Source of the DNA: Cycas panzhihuaensis
Taxonomy: Eukaryota > Plantae > Cycadophyta
Length of the DNA stretch: 64,000 nt
Direction: 5' to 3'
NCBI GenBank assembly: GCA_023213395.1
Contig: CM041465.1
Location: 69,695,741 to 69,759,740 of the forward strand
Each line of letters opens with the position of its first letter. Position 1 is the stretch's first letter. The notes beneath the pieces are model-generated. The model had not been told where the DNA came from. It saw only the letters and a program-made list of their open reading frames with translations, and searched no databases. This document shows, one piece after another, positions 46,254 through 59,600 of the stretch. The translations under genes and the position numbers were made by a program.

Positions 46254-48967
46254 GCAAATGACACTAGTTGGAAGAAACTGAGTGTAAAAGAGCTTTATGA
46301 TTCAATTATTGATGCATACAATCATGCTTTTGATGAATTAAAACCACTTGAGAAGGCAACCTCTGTAGTTTTTACCTCCCTTTTTTGTCACCTGAACAAA
46401 TAGAGAGCTTATACAAAAGAGGAATTTTTCCTTCTTTTTTTTGGGGGGGGAGCTTAATAATAAAGTGAGCTAGCCATATATTGGCTCAAAAAAGGACTGT
46501 CAAACATAAAGAGAGGCTCTAGAAAAAAGAAATTTAATACAAATCCTCTTTAATGAAAATAATTCAGGGTTAATACCCTTTATCAAGAGTTTTTATTTAT
46601 CCCTACAACAAGACCAATAAAGAACCACTAGACAGCCACCACTTTCTCCTTCAAACCTCATTTTTTTTAAGGCAACAAAGTGCAAATTTAGAAAATCTTG
46701 AAATAATTAATGATTTCAAGAAGTTTTCACATATCACACCTTCATACACATTAAAGAGGCTTTAAAAAAAACTTCATAAAGCAGCCAATATCTTCTCCAA
46801 AAAAGTTGCTTATTCACTAAGCTTTGCCAAAGATGCAAAGATTGCAACACAACTTGGCTTTGTGAAAGAATACTTGAAGATTAGCTCCCAATCATCTGCA
46901 AATCTTGATATCAACAAAGTCCCTTTTTCTACTCACCAAATTAGCCTCCAAGACACAAATATGCAAAACAATTCCATAAAATTACTTTAAAAAAATTGCA
47001 AACTTAAAGTGCAAAAGTCCTTCAACAATATAACATGTCAAGAAATTGATCCTTGCACCAGTTGGATCGCCTTCATATGGCAAAGGCCGTCACCAAACGT
47101 GGAGTGCAACAAAGCCTTGAATTTGCTCCTCGAAACGCCAAGCTCTGATACCAAAGTGAAAGCAATGGAAATGACACAAGCACTAGGATCTATTGAGGAA
47201 TAGGATAGGACATCATAACATGAAGGACTAAACTTTAGATTAACTGAAACATGGAGTACAAAACATGAAGATAATAGGGAGGAGCATTCAACTTCAAATC
47301 AACTTATTATGGAAACAAATAGGAAGGAGAATTGATCTCTACACTTCACCTACAAATGATGCCACTGCAGCATAACTCTGACTCCAATACTACATACCAA
47401 AACATGGAAAGTATGACTCTTTATAAAGGAGATTGAACGATCAGGATCTAAACACGTCACTAATCAACAATACAAGACAAATCTGATTAGAACTCTACTT
47501 TCCTCAAAGATAAGGATGGTGACAAGTGGAGCCATCCAAAGTTGACTTTCCACAAGCACATGTGGAAAAGCCATTACAAGACAAAAGACAATTTTATAAT
47601 CAAACAAATGAACACTTTAGGATAAAGGCCTAAAGTCACAAAAATACTAATGTCCATGGTCAAGGCTTAATGCTTAGGACATGAAGGTTTAAAATAAATA
47701 TCAAATGAAATAATAGCAATAAAATGGCCCTCTTCTAGGCGAGGGTTTCCTCCCAAATCGAGGGTTTCCTCCCAAATGGCATAGCGAGCCCTGATGGCTC
47801 TAGGCCATTAGTCCATATCAAAATATCAATTCTCCAAGAGTAATTTACAATTGAATAATGATCTCTATTTATAGCCCTGCTTTTATTCTCTCTCTAAAAA
47901 TTGTCTTCTTTACTCTCTCTCCTCAAAAATATCGACTTCACATTAATAAATCCTCCTTATTCTCCTTAAAAATTAACTTCACAAAATTAAGAACACCACA
48001 AGTCCATTTTCTTCTTTTCCTTTAGGAATGATTTTAAGATTTGCCTTTTGTCCCACACCAAACACCTATCATCCTCAAATTCAACTTTGAGTTGTTTTTT
48101 GATCATTTGGGAGATAGAAAGCATATTCGTTTTTAGGCCAAGAACATATAATACATCCCTTAACTTTTTTATCTCTCCATTTGTCATCTTCATAGGAATG
48201 ATTCCTCTTCCCTTGATAGGGTGAGTCAAGTTGTCTCCTAACTCAATTGCATTGCCTCCAAGATGATCTACCATGCTTTCAAACTAGTCTTTTTATGATG
48301 TCATTTGCTTTGACACCCCTAAATCAATGTACCAATTGTTTAATGAAACAACTTAAGTGGAAGGAGCAACCCCAAGGGTGCTTTCCTCAAAGGTGTTCCC
48401 TAAGTATCTTTTTCTCAAGGCATCCTAAGCTTTGTTTGGCATTGATGTCCTTGAGATGTGTCTGAGAATCTAGTCAATGACTAAGAGAGTGATAGTTGTT
48501 ATAGTAGTTTTGTCCTCTTTTATTCCATCGAGATTAGATGGGGTGCCAATCATCATTTCCCAAGCATTTTTAGCTATTAGAATGCTCTTCATTTTAGCTT
48601 TCTAGGTGTTGTAGTTGTCCTCATTGAGCTTGTCATGCACTGAAGGGATGAAATAGCAACCATTAAAACAACACAGAAGAAAAAGGTGCTCAACAACATA
48701 AAGGGCGCCTAGAGGACCAAAAACAAGTCCTTTTACAACACCAAAAAAATTATTTTATTTTCTTTGACAAACCAATTCAAAGCCACTCTACAAGGATTTA
48801 CTCATGATTTTCTCTATTGGTAACCAGCTTAGAGAAAATGTTATAGAGTTTGATTAAATGATCAAATCAAAAAGTGTGTTTGTGACTGAATGTTGAGCCA
48901 CAACCACTGGTTCTAGCTTTGATGTTTGATACTAACATCAAAGCTAAGTCATAATTGTCAGACAAGG

Positions 48968-49483
48968 TGTGGCGTTCCAAACCCTAGTTTTTGGTTGACT
49001 TCTTGAAGCTAATATGACCAACTTTACTTCTTCATTTTGGCCGACTTAAGAAGCCAGTTTGACTAACTTAATTCCATTATTCTGGCCAACTTAACCCTTA
49101 TTTTTTGGCCAACTTCACTAGACTAGTTTTGCCTGCCTATATATAGGGCTTTTTGGCCTAGGCTTAGGGCATCAATTTAGTTGAGGATCTGCCATATTTT
49201 TGGCCTTTAGGAGCCGCCATAGGAGGGCAACTCGCCTTGAGGAGGAAGCTAGTGATATTTATTTATCTATTGTAAGTTTTGTTATCTTATCTATCTATCT
49301 ATATATATATATATGATTAGTGTTATTTCACTTGATATTTAGTCTATTTGGGCTATAAAGCTGTGGGTATTGTACTTTTCATTTCAATATTAGATATTAT
49401 TACTTGGTTACCTATGCAAAATCTCTACAAGATAGTCTTGTGTGTGGATATTGTTTATGTTTGAGGTGTGAATTCCCCTTGTT

Positions 49484-49541
<58 letters not shown>

Positions 49542-49720
49542 TGATTAGTGTTATTTCACTTGATATTTAGTCTATTTGGGCTATAAAGCTATGGGTATTG
49601 TACTTTTCATTTTAGTATTAGATATTATTACTTGGTTACCTGTGCAAAACCTCTGCAAGATAGTCTTGTGTGTGGATATTGTTTATGTTTGAGGTGTGAA
49701 TTCCCCTTGGTATTCTTACA
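48968..49720 (+). mobile_element. Solo LTR related to the G4 LTR
   Basis: TGTGGCGTTC..CTTACA with TSD CAAGG at 48963-48967 and 49721-49725. Shares its start and GCCRACTT motifs with 62725-63258. Confidence 0.85.
49311..49709. repeat. 171-bp direct duplication separated by (TA)n(GA)n
   Basis: 49311-49481 versus 49539-49709, few mismatches. Confidence 0.92.
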
Positions 49721-50929
49721 CAAGGAGCTTGAGAAGCCAACCTAGGGTTGAAGACGGCAACTGAGAGGGTTGCAAGTTATAGGGGTTCGAACCCAAGACA
49801 CCACAGTGACTAGAATGATGTGAGTCTTGTGGATCTGCAACATTTAAGATGAGCATTGAGAAAGAACAAGTTTACAACTAGGCTTTGCTTTGGATCTTAG
49901 CTAAGTGAACTTCAATTTGATTGTGACAAAGATTTCCTCGAACCGAGGTGAAGCAATCTTTCCCAACTTTGAATGATTGACAGCATGATCTAGCGATTGC
50001 CAAGGATGAAATGCAAGGAGATGTCAGCCTAGGCTGACTCTTAATTCTGATCTCCAACAAAGTGAATCAACGGTGAATGCCAGTTGGGCAACAATTTTGA
50101 GGAAGTCTTTCGACAAACAAAATCTCAGACGTTGGTCTAAATAATTTCAAAGAATCTACCGACATCGGTCAAGACTGTCTTCATAGGTTTCAAGCACTTC
50201 AAGTCACTTATCAAGTGTCAGTTAAGAGTCGACTTAGTCTTCATTAATAAATCATTTTTCATGGATAGAAGAAATATGTTGTTTAAAAGTCAATTTATTG
50301 ATGTCGTTTAAAACTGACTTCAATTTCTTTGAAGCATTGTTCAAGAAGCTAGAAAAAATGCTCTAATTTTGATGGATGTCGGTCTAAAATCAACTTCAAT
50401 TCCTCATAATGTCATTCAACATATATTAGAACAAAGTTGGCTTTTCTTTATTAAATCATCTTCACCTCTTAAAACTATCATGCAATAGGTCACAATCTGA
50501 GAACAAAGTAGGATTGATCTGCCAATGCCCTTCTTCAAGATGTTGGCTACTTCAAACTTGACCCTAGCAGGGTGACTTAGACAACACAAAAAATTTTTAT
50601 CTTGAAGCCTCCAATAAATGCTCCTTTTAAGAAGAAAAAACCCTAGATTGTACCCACTCATATACCATGTAAGCTTTCAGGGTTACACAAGCATCACACA
50701 CACAAGCTATTGTTTGGATGTTATCTCACTTGTTCATCGATCAGTAATGAGGATGAATAGTACATATATACAGAAAGAATGATATGCATGTGTAACAAGT
50801 GTACAACATGCAATACTTGCCAATAAGAGAACTATGATACAAATAGAAAGAATTCAATGATACAGAAATAGAAAACAATAAAAATAGAATCAAGCATTAT
50901 GCTTAACATGTATTACTATTGCAACATTG

Positions 50930-52105
50930 AACTTAGGTGTGTAAAAGAAACTATGTCTAGTGAAGAAAGTCATGACTTATGAAAGGAGTACTTATAAGAC
51001 CCTTAAGAGAGGACTTTTGACTATTCACTTCATATGGTTGAGGGGATTCTTGACTCTTCAGCTCATTAATAACTTTTCACTTCATTTTCAATGAACTTTC
51101 ATGTAATATTTAAGGAGAAGTGAATTAGGGTGGAAGGCAATTGTTAAGCATGAATTCTTTGATGTTTGCTTCCATAGATGAGCTTGTAAGGAGGGCTACC
51201 CTAAAGTAAGCCAAAGGATTCCACCTAGAGGAGGTTGTTGTGTGTAGTCCATTTGTGAAAGGTATTGTATGTAGCACTATTGGTTAACACCAGTGCATCC
51301 AAACAAGTTCAAAAGTGGAACTAGTGCATTCAAAAGATCCACTTATGAAAATTGATAATAACATAGTGAGATGGTTAACAAGATGGGCCAACCTCCGGTT
51401 GCGGTCTGCACACGGGGCGGTTTGTGGTGGAAGTAGTCTCATTGTTGCCCTCAATGATAGTATTGCCTGACTCTCTTTGGTGTTTGGTTTCCTATTTGTT
51501 CACTCTTAGATACTCTCATCAAGATTCTCTCTCATTGTCCTCTATTCTAATATCTTCTCTCTTGAAGTACATTCATTATGCAATATGGAAATTTTAAATG
51601 GAAAATTAATAGTGTCTGTGAATTTGTGGATTTGGCAATTACTTTTTGCAAAGTTTGGATTTTAATTAGCAAGAATTTTCAGCATCTTAAGACTTTTAAA
51701 GTGTTCATTCTTGTGAGATGTAACATTGCCGCCTCATCTTCTAACTTGGTTTTGGTGCAAACTTTTCCTTCTTGGAATCTTTCATTGTAGCTTGTTTGTA
51801 TAGAAGTAATCATAGGTAGACCCCATCAGGCCAATCCACTGTCTAAAATTCTCTTTATGTCCTATGTAATTCTTCTCATTGTTTCATTATGTTCTAAGAT
51901 ATATGCAAGCACTCTTTTAGCAATTGTCAAATGTCCTTGGTTTTTCGAAAGTGATCTCTTACTATTTTATGTAACACACCAAAAATATTTCATGCATTAT
52001 TATTGTAACCCTAAAGTGGACATAGGTGTGTAAACGAGACAATGTCTAGTGGAGGGAGTCATATCTTGTGAAAGGAGTATTTATAAGCCCCTTAAAAGAT
52101 GACCT
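50930..52105. repeat. Two diverged ~85-bp LTR-like direct repeats
   Basis: TAGGTGTGTAAA..ATGTCTAGTG..TGAAAGGAGTAYTTATAAG..CCTTAA at 50930-51013 and 52018-52104. Confidence 0.6.
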
Positions 52106-52269
52106 CCTTTATAACCCTACAGGCTGTCCTGCAGCTGCACGGCCCCTTCAGATCTCTAAATCATTGTACTGCATATGGGCCTTATGGGCACTACTGAGCA
52201 TTATAGGAAGAAGTAAAATTTCATGAAGCAATAAAATGAAATTCCATGGACAGAATTTTGAGGTACTTA

Positions 52270-54705
52270 CTTCTCATAGCATGCGGTGATACACTTTTCT
52301 GTCCATGACAATTAAACACCTTAACCTGATGACTGTGAATGACTGAAACTTGTGGCTTCCTTCTTGCCTTCTAAGCTTGAAGCTGCAACTTATCTTTCCA
52401 CTTCTTCCTCTTCATTTTCATCGCATACACTTGTGATAGCAGATTGTGATCAAACCCCTTTTCTCCTAAGATTATGTTTAGATATCAACAACTCCCTCAG
52501 AAATTTTCTTTGTGGGATTTTCATAATGGAGTTACAAGAGGAATTTGCGTCAATAACTGTGCACCACACCATGCACTTGTCCAATGAACTTGTTCCAGCT
52601 TTTGAACCCTATTTTTGGCCATTTTATAGGTTAATTTCCATCCCATAACATTTATGCATATCTGTATGTCATATATTTTGTCATAATTTAAAAATTGGGG
52701 ACATGGACATGGGCAAATGACATAAATTAGGTTCCCAGTGTTGATTTGACTGTACTTATATTGCTTCTATAGATTATGCTTCAACTAACTATTCCCACTT
52801 GGTGGTAGGTTTTACCCATGTGCAGCCTTGCAAGGTTGCACCCTGATTATTACAAGGAGATGTAATTGACGTTTGATCTGTGTGCAACTCCTCTTCCTTG
52901 ATAAGTTCAGACGTTGAACCAATCATTGTACTGAAATGTTGATCAGTTTGCCAACCATGGCATTTGTCTGAATCTCTCTCATGCAGTGATCTGTCCGGTA
53001 TTCTGACATTAGTGCACAATACAGAAAAGGAAAGAAGGCATTTGTCCCAATGTGCTTCAGTCAGCAGTTATTGGGGATGAGATTTCTTCCAGGAAAACAT
53101 TGCTAGAGTACTTCTGCATAGAACCTGCAGGGGTAGTGAAATATATAGCAGTTGCACAAATTGTTTTATCCAAAGGACAAAATTACATGTAGAGGTTGAC
53201 ATTCATCAGGCAATCTACTGGTTCAATCAGTCATTAACAGTGGATGGGCAATGCAAGAGTCAACACCATCTGTAGGCCTCTTGTCAACATTCAAATACTC
53301 CAGCAATGGGCTCTATGAAGCCCAGCACTCCGTCATGTGCCCTTGCTTTCATATTGTTGATAAAGGGACCAGACGCTCATGATTTTTGTAACAAATGTGC
53401 CAAAATCTAACTAATCTTTGTGATTGTAAAAACCTTGGACAGACAACTGCAAGCCATTATCTTCAAATGCATGCTACATTGCCTGCTACATTCAGGAGGC
53501 TCTATGCTTGAGATTAAGTTCCACTTGGTAGCAAAATATTTGAAGATTTAACTGAAACCTCAGTGTTGTCAGAGAACAAAACTATCAAGTTGATAAATAT
53601 TGCGTACGTCTATATAGATACCTTATCAACTAAACCAATGCACGTGTCAAACACACAAAGTCAAGGGCTTTTACTGGTATCGCAAAAGAATCTACTTAAA
53701 AAGCGGCAGCAGATATTGATAATAAGTATTCTAAAAAAATACACTTCGTTTAAAATTCATGTCTGCCAAAAACCTTTGAGACTGCCTGTGTCAAATATAA
53801 ACAGGTCTCAACAATAGCTATGTAGTATGCGCTTGATAATGAGTGACAACTCTCTAAATGAGGATTTGTATGAACTTACTTTTGTTGAGGATTCTTGAAT
53901 TCAAGCATGGGTTGAAGAGGACTTCCTATAATAAGCAGAAACAAATACAAACCACATTAGAAACAAATAACCAAATCCTGCATTAAAATTACTAAAAAGC
54001 ATAAAAACAATCAGAAAGCAGATGGTATGGAGTACTTGTGCTACTCTCTCTTCTTTAGGATGTTTATTAATATAAGAATTGCTTGATGACAAAAAGTCCA
54101 ACAGAATGATTCTTGACAGTTCTTACAAACCAAGTTGCTCCAAGCACAAGACATCAAGTCATGGAACCGGCAACTCAAAAAACATAGGGAATATGGAAAT
54201 GGAAATTTGGGGTTCTTTTTGGGAGGGTAATCAGAGTTTCAAAGTTGAAAACTTTCAAAATTTTAATGATCCATGTGCTTTGAGCCTTCAGAATGCTTGT
54301 TACCCTGATTTAGAGCCAAATTTCCCAATGTAAGGTGGACATCTGCAAACAAATGAAAAGAAGCCAGTAATAAAAGAAAGATGTGCATGCCAACAAAAAA
54401 CAGGAACATACACTTGTAGAGCTAGAAATGTGTCTGATCAACCCTGAAAAGGCCCATCATCTAGTTCTATTTAGGGAAGGCCGACTTCAATACTTTCTCT
54501 AGTCACTCTATCTACTTCATCTTCTATGCAGCCAACTCCACAATCATCTAGGAGAAAGAGGCATGCAGCCAGTGCTAACCATGTATAGGAGATCCTGACA
54601 ACGAGGCCAGGGATGACATTAACCATGCTATTGTAGAGTGTTTCAATGCATGCAAGATCCATTTTAATGAGGCCCACTCATCATATTTTGAAAACAGGTT
54701 TCCTG
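52270..54705 (-). pseudogene. Unidentified multi-exon host gene remnant
   Basis: Exon-like blocks bounded by YAG|..|GT on the minus strand (~52271-52326, 52817-53124, 53880-53926, 54304-54342, 54415-54702), with many stops. Confidence 0.45.
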
Positions 54706-54799
54706 CAATTAAAATAATCAGCCTATAGGACATGTGATTCCATCATATGAGAGGGTCCATACAACAATGTTAAAGGACATAAGGGATCATGTAAAGAAG

Positions 54800-55020
54800 A
54801 TGGCGGTACCTATATGCAAAATATGTGTCAATAATGGCTGTAGCATCATCATGGACAGTTAGAATGATACACGCAACCATCATTTACTGAATGTCATTGT
54901 CTCTTCTCCTATTGGCCCTTAATTTCTAAGAGTTGTGGATTGTTCAAGACAGGAGAAGAATGCAAATTTTCAAGCTCAGGTATTATTTGCAACCATCAAT
55001 GAGGTTGGGCAGGTCCAAGT
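54800..55020 (+). pseudogene. hAT transposase (DUF659-type) fragment
   Basis: NGCSIIMDS*NDTRNHHLLNVIVSSPIGP*FLRVVDCSRQEKNA...INEVG. Confidence 0.8.
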
Positions 55021-56051
55021 TGTTAGATATTAATGTTTATTTCGGATTCATATCCTTGGGTTATGAACCTCCCCTTAATATTTGTACTATATAGGATTAT
55101 TTTATGTTATGTTGAGTGATAAGTCAATTTACAATTCTCACTTCACGTGTCATAGTAGGTAGGATTATTATTCTGTCCAAATTTAAATTTAGTTACGTAT
55201 AGGCCATTTATAAAATGTCAGAGTGAAGAGTAAAGATTAGTGAAATAATTTTGTAATGTGAGGCATTTATTGATTTGAAATTTTATCAAATATTTTAAAT
55301 CAATTTCTAATGTTTGATAGTTAATCCTTTCAATTATTACTCTCCATTACCTGCCTTACTGTAACATTATGGTATCAGAGCAGATTTGTGTTGCATCATC
55401 AACTATAATTGTTGATTATCGTACTAGCTCTAACTGTTGTTAGAATGCATATAATTTACATGCATTAAATATTGTTTATTAGCTGAGATATTCAGTCAGT
55501 TAAGTAAATTTCACATGCATATTGCAGAGACATAATTGCAAGCAATTGGACACCTATACGCAGGCTGGAAGATACATGCTACATGCAAGCAGATTAACAT
55601 GCAAACTCACATGCATGCAGGCTGAAAGAACTCGTTCTTTGTAATTGCTGCAGATTTATAGACATGCCGGCTTGCAAAAGTCACATGAAAGCGGGTTATG
55701 AGACGCTGAAGGTAAAGGGTTGTCGGTATCAATATACCTCCTATTCACAAACTTCTTGAAAAGGATTATTATTGAAAGGCCACTGTGAAATAGACTTCTG
55801 TGATTAAATCCTTGTATTAAATGGTGATCTCTATTGAAAATTTAACCTCTGAAGTAAGTGTTGCAGGATTGCTGAAAAGTGTTACAGGGATAAAACGAAA
55901 TCTATTGTTGTTGAAGCAAGGGTTGTTGATAAAGACCTTTGTTGGACCTCCATGAAAACGCTGTTGGGACAGCAAACGGGCATCATTTTTTAATGGCATG
56001 TTGATGCTATTGAACACTAGAAAAGAAGTGTGATATTGAGCCATTGGGGAT
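55021..56051 (+). mobile_element. LTR (55021-55366), PBS (55370-55381) and non-coding internal region
   Basis: TGTTA..TAACA ends and a perfect TGGTATCAGAGC PBS. No gag and no partner LTR found. Confidence 0.7.
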
Positions 56052-56686
56052 GTTAAATGATCTCAAATTATTTGTTGTCCTGAGTCAAAGGTCTTAGAAA
56101 GGAGACAAGTCAAGAAGGCTCTCCAGCACAGAAGAAGGGTATTTAATAACTGTGTACGGACTTGTATGGAACCGTACGGACGCCTTTTTTTAAAAGTTGT
56201 CGGATTGAGACGAAAATTGGTGGGTAGATAGATCTAGGGACGCACGTCATCTTTCCCTTCTGTGTCGAAGTCATTTGAAGACTTTTCGGGGGTCAAACTG
56301 GCCGATTACCCCCCAGTCCGCGCAGGTTTAGAGGAGAAAAACTCGAAAGTTCTCAGAATCGAGCTCAAATCCAAGTATTTCTAGACTAAAAACTTTTGAA
56401 TATTCATTACTAAGAGATTTGGTCTGTTTTTTATTGAATTTTTTGAGTTTGTTAGAGATTATTTACAAAAACAACTCAAATACCTAACTGCCCACGTAAC
56501 CCCTCGAAGGCAGTTTTCTTCAGTTTGGAGACAGATCTTGCAAAACCGCCTTTGGATCTAGATAGGCAATCAAAAAATTTATCTTTTGAGGTATTGTTTG
56601 TCCTAATCCATACACTTAGGGTTTTGTACGGAAATCCATACAATTGTACGGCCAGACCAATCCAAGGTTCTTTCTTCTCATTAATG

Positions 56687-59600
56687 ATGGCTTCATCACC
56701 ATTTGGTCTATCAGAACAAGACAAACTCACAGAAGGAAACTATTATATTTGGAAAATTAAAATTGAAACCCTGCTTAGGGCTCAAAATGCCTGGAATATT
56801 GCTCTTTGAACTGAAACTAGGCCAAATGATGCTAGTACTACCCTGTCCAGTTGGTTAGAAAGGGATAATGCAGGTGTCATCATTCTTAAACTCTCAGTGT
56901 CAGATTCCTTATTGGTATATATTGAAAAATTGATCTCCTCCTCAAGCATTTGGAAATGTTTTGAAAACTTGTTCGGTCAAAAGAATAAAGTTTGGATATT
57001 TACCTTAAAGGAAGAATTGTATAAGTCACACATGAGAGATCATGAAACGGTGACTGAATTCATACATAAAGTCACCTCTCTTAGAAATGGACTATTAAGT
57101 GCTGGAGAAATTCTGTTTGAGTCAGAACTTGTTCAAATGGTAGCTAGTAAACTACCAAAGACCTTTGACGTGACTATCAATACCATTACAAACAATAATC
57201 AGATCAATGCGATGACCCTTGATGAATTAACTCGAATATTGCTTAGGAACAAAGAAGCAGGCGATATGAAGACTCAGCAGAGCTGGATGATGCATTTGCT
57301 TCCAGATTGAATCTGGGACCTCGAGGACGGAGTCAGACACGAGGAAGGGGGCAAACCACAGATTCTAGGAATTTTGGTCGTGGACGATATTTGGATAACA
57401 GAGGACACGGAAGAAGCCGTGATTCCAGGATATGTTTCAATTGTGATAGATCCGAACACTTTGCCAATACCTGCAAAATGTTTGATGTGTGTTATCATTG
57501 TGGACAGACAACACATTACCCTTATCAATGTTCTCAGAGAAGAGTAGACATTCAGAGAGGGAAGAGGCCAGTGGGCAACTATAGCAAAGAACAGGTTGAA
57601 GAAGATGAAGAAGAGACAACTTTCATAGTTGCCTTGTCAGCAGGATTAAAGGAAACTGATATGTGGTTCATTGACTCTGGAGCTTCTCGACACATGACAA
57701 ATCATCATGACTGGTTTGAAAGCCTAAAACCTTGTGATATCAACAGATCAGTAGAATTAGGTGATAAATATCCTTTAGAAATTAAAGGTATGGGCATTGT
57801 CTCCATATGTGTTCAGGGTAATGTAAAGAAAATTGGAAATGTGTTATGGGTCCCTGATCTCAAAAGGAATCTCTTGTCTGTCTCACAACTTAACAAAAAG
57901 GGTTTAAGAACAGTGTTTGATGAAGATGGTCTCTATTTGATACTAGATATGAAAAATAATGGGAAAATTATTGCCAAGGGCATTAGGAGTAATGATCTAT
58001 ACAAACTAGTTTCAGATCTCATAATACCCTGTCCAGATCCAAAAGCTTGTACTACTGTGAATTTTGATAATAAAATGTGGCATTTGAAGTATGGACATCT
58101 ACCAATAGAAATTTTAAGGAAAATGAAAAAAAATGATATGGTGCTTGGATTACCTAACATATCTTTAGAAAATTTTGTTTGTAAACAATGCCAATTTGGA
58201 AAAAATCACAGATTGCCATTCAAAGAAAGTAAATGAAGGTCACAAAATAAACTGGAACTAATTCACAAAGATCTCTGCGGACCCCTCACACCACTTTCAA
58301 TAAATGGTTGTAGGTACTTTTTAACTTTCGTTGATGATTTCACCAGGAAAGTTTGGGTATATTTTCTGCATAATAAATCAGAAGTCTTTGAATTTTTTAA
58401 AGAATTTAAGGCAGAAGTAGAACTTGAACCAAGTTCCAAAATAAAATCTATCAGATCAGATGGGGGAGGAGAATATATCTCCAATGAATTTCTAACCTAT
58501 TGCAAAAGGAATGGAATTCGGAGACAAATCACCACGCCCTATACTCCACAATCCAACGGAGTTGCTGAAAGGAAAAATAGAACCTTGATGGAAATGGCCC
58601 GCAGTATGGTACATGAAAAACAAGTTCCAAAGTCTTCTTCAAGACTGTGAATACAGCCTGCTACTTTGTGAACAAAAGCCCAACCAAAGTTTTGGAGAAT
58701 ATCACACCAGAAGAAGCATGGACAGTTAAAATGCCTGACATCAGTTCCTTCAAAGTGTTTGGCAGCCAAGCTTATGTGCATATACCAGATAGAAACAGGT
58801 CAAAAATCGATGCAAAAAGCATAGAATGTATTTTGATCGGGTACAACAAAAATTCAAAAGCATATAAATGTATTGATCCAAAAACAAACAAAATATATGT
58901 TAGTAGAGATGTAGTTTCTGATGACGAAAACTTGAATTCTCAATCTCAAATAAAAATTATTGACGAAGAAATAGAGAATTCAAACAAGGAGATCCTTACA
59001 GAAGAAGTCTTAGACATCACCACGAAAGAAATCCCACCTTGCTCATCTCATGAAGACTCAGGCGAAGAAAGTACAACACAAGATGCAGAATCACATTTGG
59101 AACCTGCAGAAGCTAGAGAATGCTCCAAAAGTGAAAAGAAGCTGCCAAAATGGTTCATTAAGACCATTGAAGAAGGAGGCAATACATTTGGTCACAGAAC
59201 AAGAGGCCAAAAGCCTTACTTGGCAGGGTTGAATCCCAATCATTTCAAGAAGCTCAATATCAATCACAATGGAAGAGAGCAATGGATGTTGAAATGAGCT
59301 TGACTGACAAAAATCAAACATGGGAGTTAGTAGAACCTCCTCCAGGTAAATCTGTGATTAACTGTAGATGGGTATACAAAATTAAGGAAGGAACAAATGG
59401 AAAAATTGAAAAATATAAGGCTTGATTGGTGGCCAAAGGATATGCCCAAACAGTTGGAATTGATTTCGAATAAACCTTCTCACTTGTGGCCAAATTAAAT
59501 ATAGTAAGAACTGTGATATCACTAGCAACATTGTATAACTGGAAAATCCTCCAACTAGATATGAAGAGTGCCTTTTTAAATGGTGATCTTGAAGAGGATG

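Larger units (their letters stand above)
41070..47694 (-). mobile_element. Non-autonomous Ty1/Copia C3 (gag-PR-INT retained, RT/RH mostly deleted)
   Basis: LTRs 41070-41610 and 47157-47694, PBS 47142-47153, PPT 41611-41620, TSD TAAAT at 41065-41069 and 47695-47699. Confidence 0.95.
47987..50908 (-). mobile_element. Deleted Copia remnant C6
   Basis: gag start (DKLNEDNYNT*KAKMKSILIAKNAW, ~48540-48663) and PR region (DVLYVLGLKTNMLSISQ). Putative LTR 50668-50908 with a degenerate PBS at 50656-50667. Confidence 0.65.

Noticed and set aside
45678-46403. ORFs of 65-114 aa in the C3 cassette
   Set aside because: No recognisable motif, mostly non-ATG starts, and expected in GC-rich skewed DNA.
47740-47777. 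19-bp perfect tandem duplication CGAGGGTTTCCTCCCAAAT
   Set aside because: Real, but only two copies within probable LTR debris and no further structure.
49783-49794. B-box-like GGGTTCGAACCC (tRNA/SINE)
   Set aside because: No A-box, cloverleaf, tail or TSD.
52326-52349. Second CTGATGA..GAAAC
   Set aside because: No stem II or flanking helices; it overlaps a putative splice acceptor on the minus strand.
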